42,663 nt of DNA, from assembly GCA_001824215.1 (NCBI GenBank), contig MHWS01000005.1, positions 1,219 through 43,881 on the forward strand. The letters are read 5' to 3'. Below, in pieces: positions 41,546 to 42,663 of the stretch (its first letter is position 1; the number at the start of each line of letters is the position of its first letter). This stretch comes from Candidatus Zambryskibacteria bacterium RIFCSPLOWO2_12_FULL_39_16 (GTDB lineage: Bacteria > Patescibacteriota > Minisyncoccia > Phycocordibacterales > WO2-35-19). The notes under the pieces were generated by a model. That model ran no database searches. It was not told where the DNA came from and saw nothing but the letters and a program-made list of their open reading frames with translations. The position numbers were made by a program, and so were the translations under genes.

Positions 41546-42663
41546 TTATTTCACATGATGTTTGCCTCTTATTTCTTTTATTTCTTTTTCCTCTTCTTTT
41601 TCCTTCTTTATTTTCCCTTTATCTCCAAACTCTTTTAATTCTTTATCGGACATTTTGGATAATCCCATTGTCCTCTTCTCTAAATATTCTTCAGTATTGA
41701 GAGAGGGATCTTCCAACACTTCTTCCAGTAAAGAATTCAGTATGTTCCCTATTTTGGGTCCAGGAGAAATGTCAAGGATTTCCATAATTTTCTTACCATC
41801 AATTTTTAACATACTTACCGATATAGGATCTCTCATAACCTCCTCTATCATGGCTTGATATTTTCTCAATCTATAAGGGTTTTCCTTTGGTCTTCCTGTA
41901 CCGATACGATCACACCCTCTCAAATTTATTAAATCCCAGACATTTTCCTTACCAACATTTGCCACTAATCGTCTAACCGCAGAAAGGCTTATTTTTTCTG
42001 TATCGGAAAAGAACATATGCCAACGGACAAGATTGACTACCTGGTCTATTGTTTCACGTGAAAATTTTAAATTCTCAAGTATTTTCTTAGTTACACGTGA
42101 ACCAACAACTTCATGCCCATAAAAAGTCCATTGTTTTGCTTCCTCGTCCCATCTTCTGGTTTTTGGTTTTGATATATCATGGAGCAAAGCGGCAAGTCTC
42201 ACATGTAACGGATATTTTTTATCTGCTGAATGTTGAGCAGTTTTTAGTAAATGAGTCCAAACATCAAAAGCATGAGCTTTGTTTTGTTCAATACCAACGC
42301 CTTCTTCTAATTCCGGGATAATATATAGCAATAGACCCAATTTTTTTAAGATCATAAGCCCACTGCTTGGATTAGGAGACATCATTATCTTTACAAATTC
42401 ATCTCGTATTCTTTCACGAGAAACTTCTTTTAAAATATCTTTATTTTCTAATATTGATTTTTCTGTTTCTGGATCTAGAGGAAATCCTAGTTCCACATGA
42501 AACCGGATAGCCCTAAGTATTCGAAGACCGTCTTCAAAAAACCTTTCTTTAGCTTTGCCGACAGTTTTTATAACACCTCTAGCTAAATCAGCCACCCCAA
42601 AAAATGGATCTATAATTGCTCCGCTTTCTACATCGTATGCAATGGCATTAATAGTGAAGTCAC
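41546..42663 (-). CDS. cca: CCA-adding enzyme / poly(A) polymerase-family tRNA nucleotidyltransferase with HD domain; 5' end lies outside the window
   Basis: DFTINAIAYD...GVADLARGVIKTVG...RFFEDGLRILRAIRF, then the HD region LLHDISKP. The frame stays open to the window edge; the track's M is an internal GTG. Confidence 0.85.
   Translation of the reverse strand, partial: DFTINAIAYDVESGAIIDPFFGVADLARGVIKTVGKAKERFFEDGLRILRAIRFHVELGFPLDPETEKSILENKDILKEVSRERIRDEFVKIMMSPNPSSGLMILKKLGLLLYIIPELEEGVGIEQNKAHAFDVWTHLLKTAQHSADKKYPLHVRLAALLHDISKPKTRRWDEEAKQWTFYGHEVVGSRVTKKILENLKFSRETIDQVVNLVRWHMFFSDTEKISLSAVRRLVANVGKENVWDLINLRGCDRIGTGRPKENPYRLRKYQAMIEEVMRDPISVSMLKIDGKKIMEILDISPGPKIGNILNSLLEEVLEDPSLNTEEYLEKRTMGLSKMSDKELKEFGDKGKIKKEKEEEKEIKEIRGKHHVK

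Noticed and set aside
1-42663. Alternative genetic code (UGA as a sense codon), as in some CPR lineages.
   Set aside because: recG and the small two-TM ORF end at TGA at the expected protein ends. All conserved genes are intact under the standard code.

Overview
AT-rich, very gene-dense fragment with about 45 real genes, mostly on the minus strand. The gene content and style suggest a Candidate Phyla Radiation / Patescibacteria-type chromosome; that assignment is inference from small proteins, membrane-anchored hypotheticals, a type IV pilus plus competence set, a short pgk and few Shine-Dalgarno (SD) sites. TGA is used as a stop, so the genetic code is standard.

Content:
- Housekeeping genes: recG, ftsH, smpB plus tmRNA, pnp, fusA, rpsL, rpsG, rpsO, rpmB, pgk, tpiA, rnhA, recJ, xth and a partial cca.
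- A type IV pilus operon (pilB, pilC and three pseudopilin/PilX-like genes) plus an unlinked pilin.
- DNA-uptake genes: comEC, a separate secreted MBL nuclease-like protein, and comM.
- A two-component pair, an M50 protease, a SOD, and one tRNA with anticodon UAU.

I found no CRISPR array, no transposase and no recognisable multi-gene defence system. The signals worth follow-up are non-genic or single-gene:
1. A ~45-nt hairpin plus 12-mer motif with compensatory stem changes, sitting just upstream of three unrelated start codons.
2. Short GC-rich elements embedded in-frame in conserved enzymes (CapA, PNPase, Xth, RecG, HIT).
3. A second hairpin-plus-GGTGAGGT repeat family.
4. A recurrent extended -10 (TGnTAnnnT) 6-7 nt before the ATG, implying leaderless mRNAs and revised start codons.
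5. Three sharply GC-rich, SD-bearing foreign cassettes: a C25-like surface peptidase, a 235-aa orphan, and an 82-aa two-TM protein with consensus promoter and terminator.

Functional interpretations are inference. All coordinates, motifs and G+C figures were read or counted by hand.
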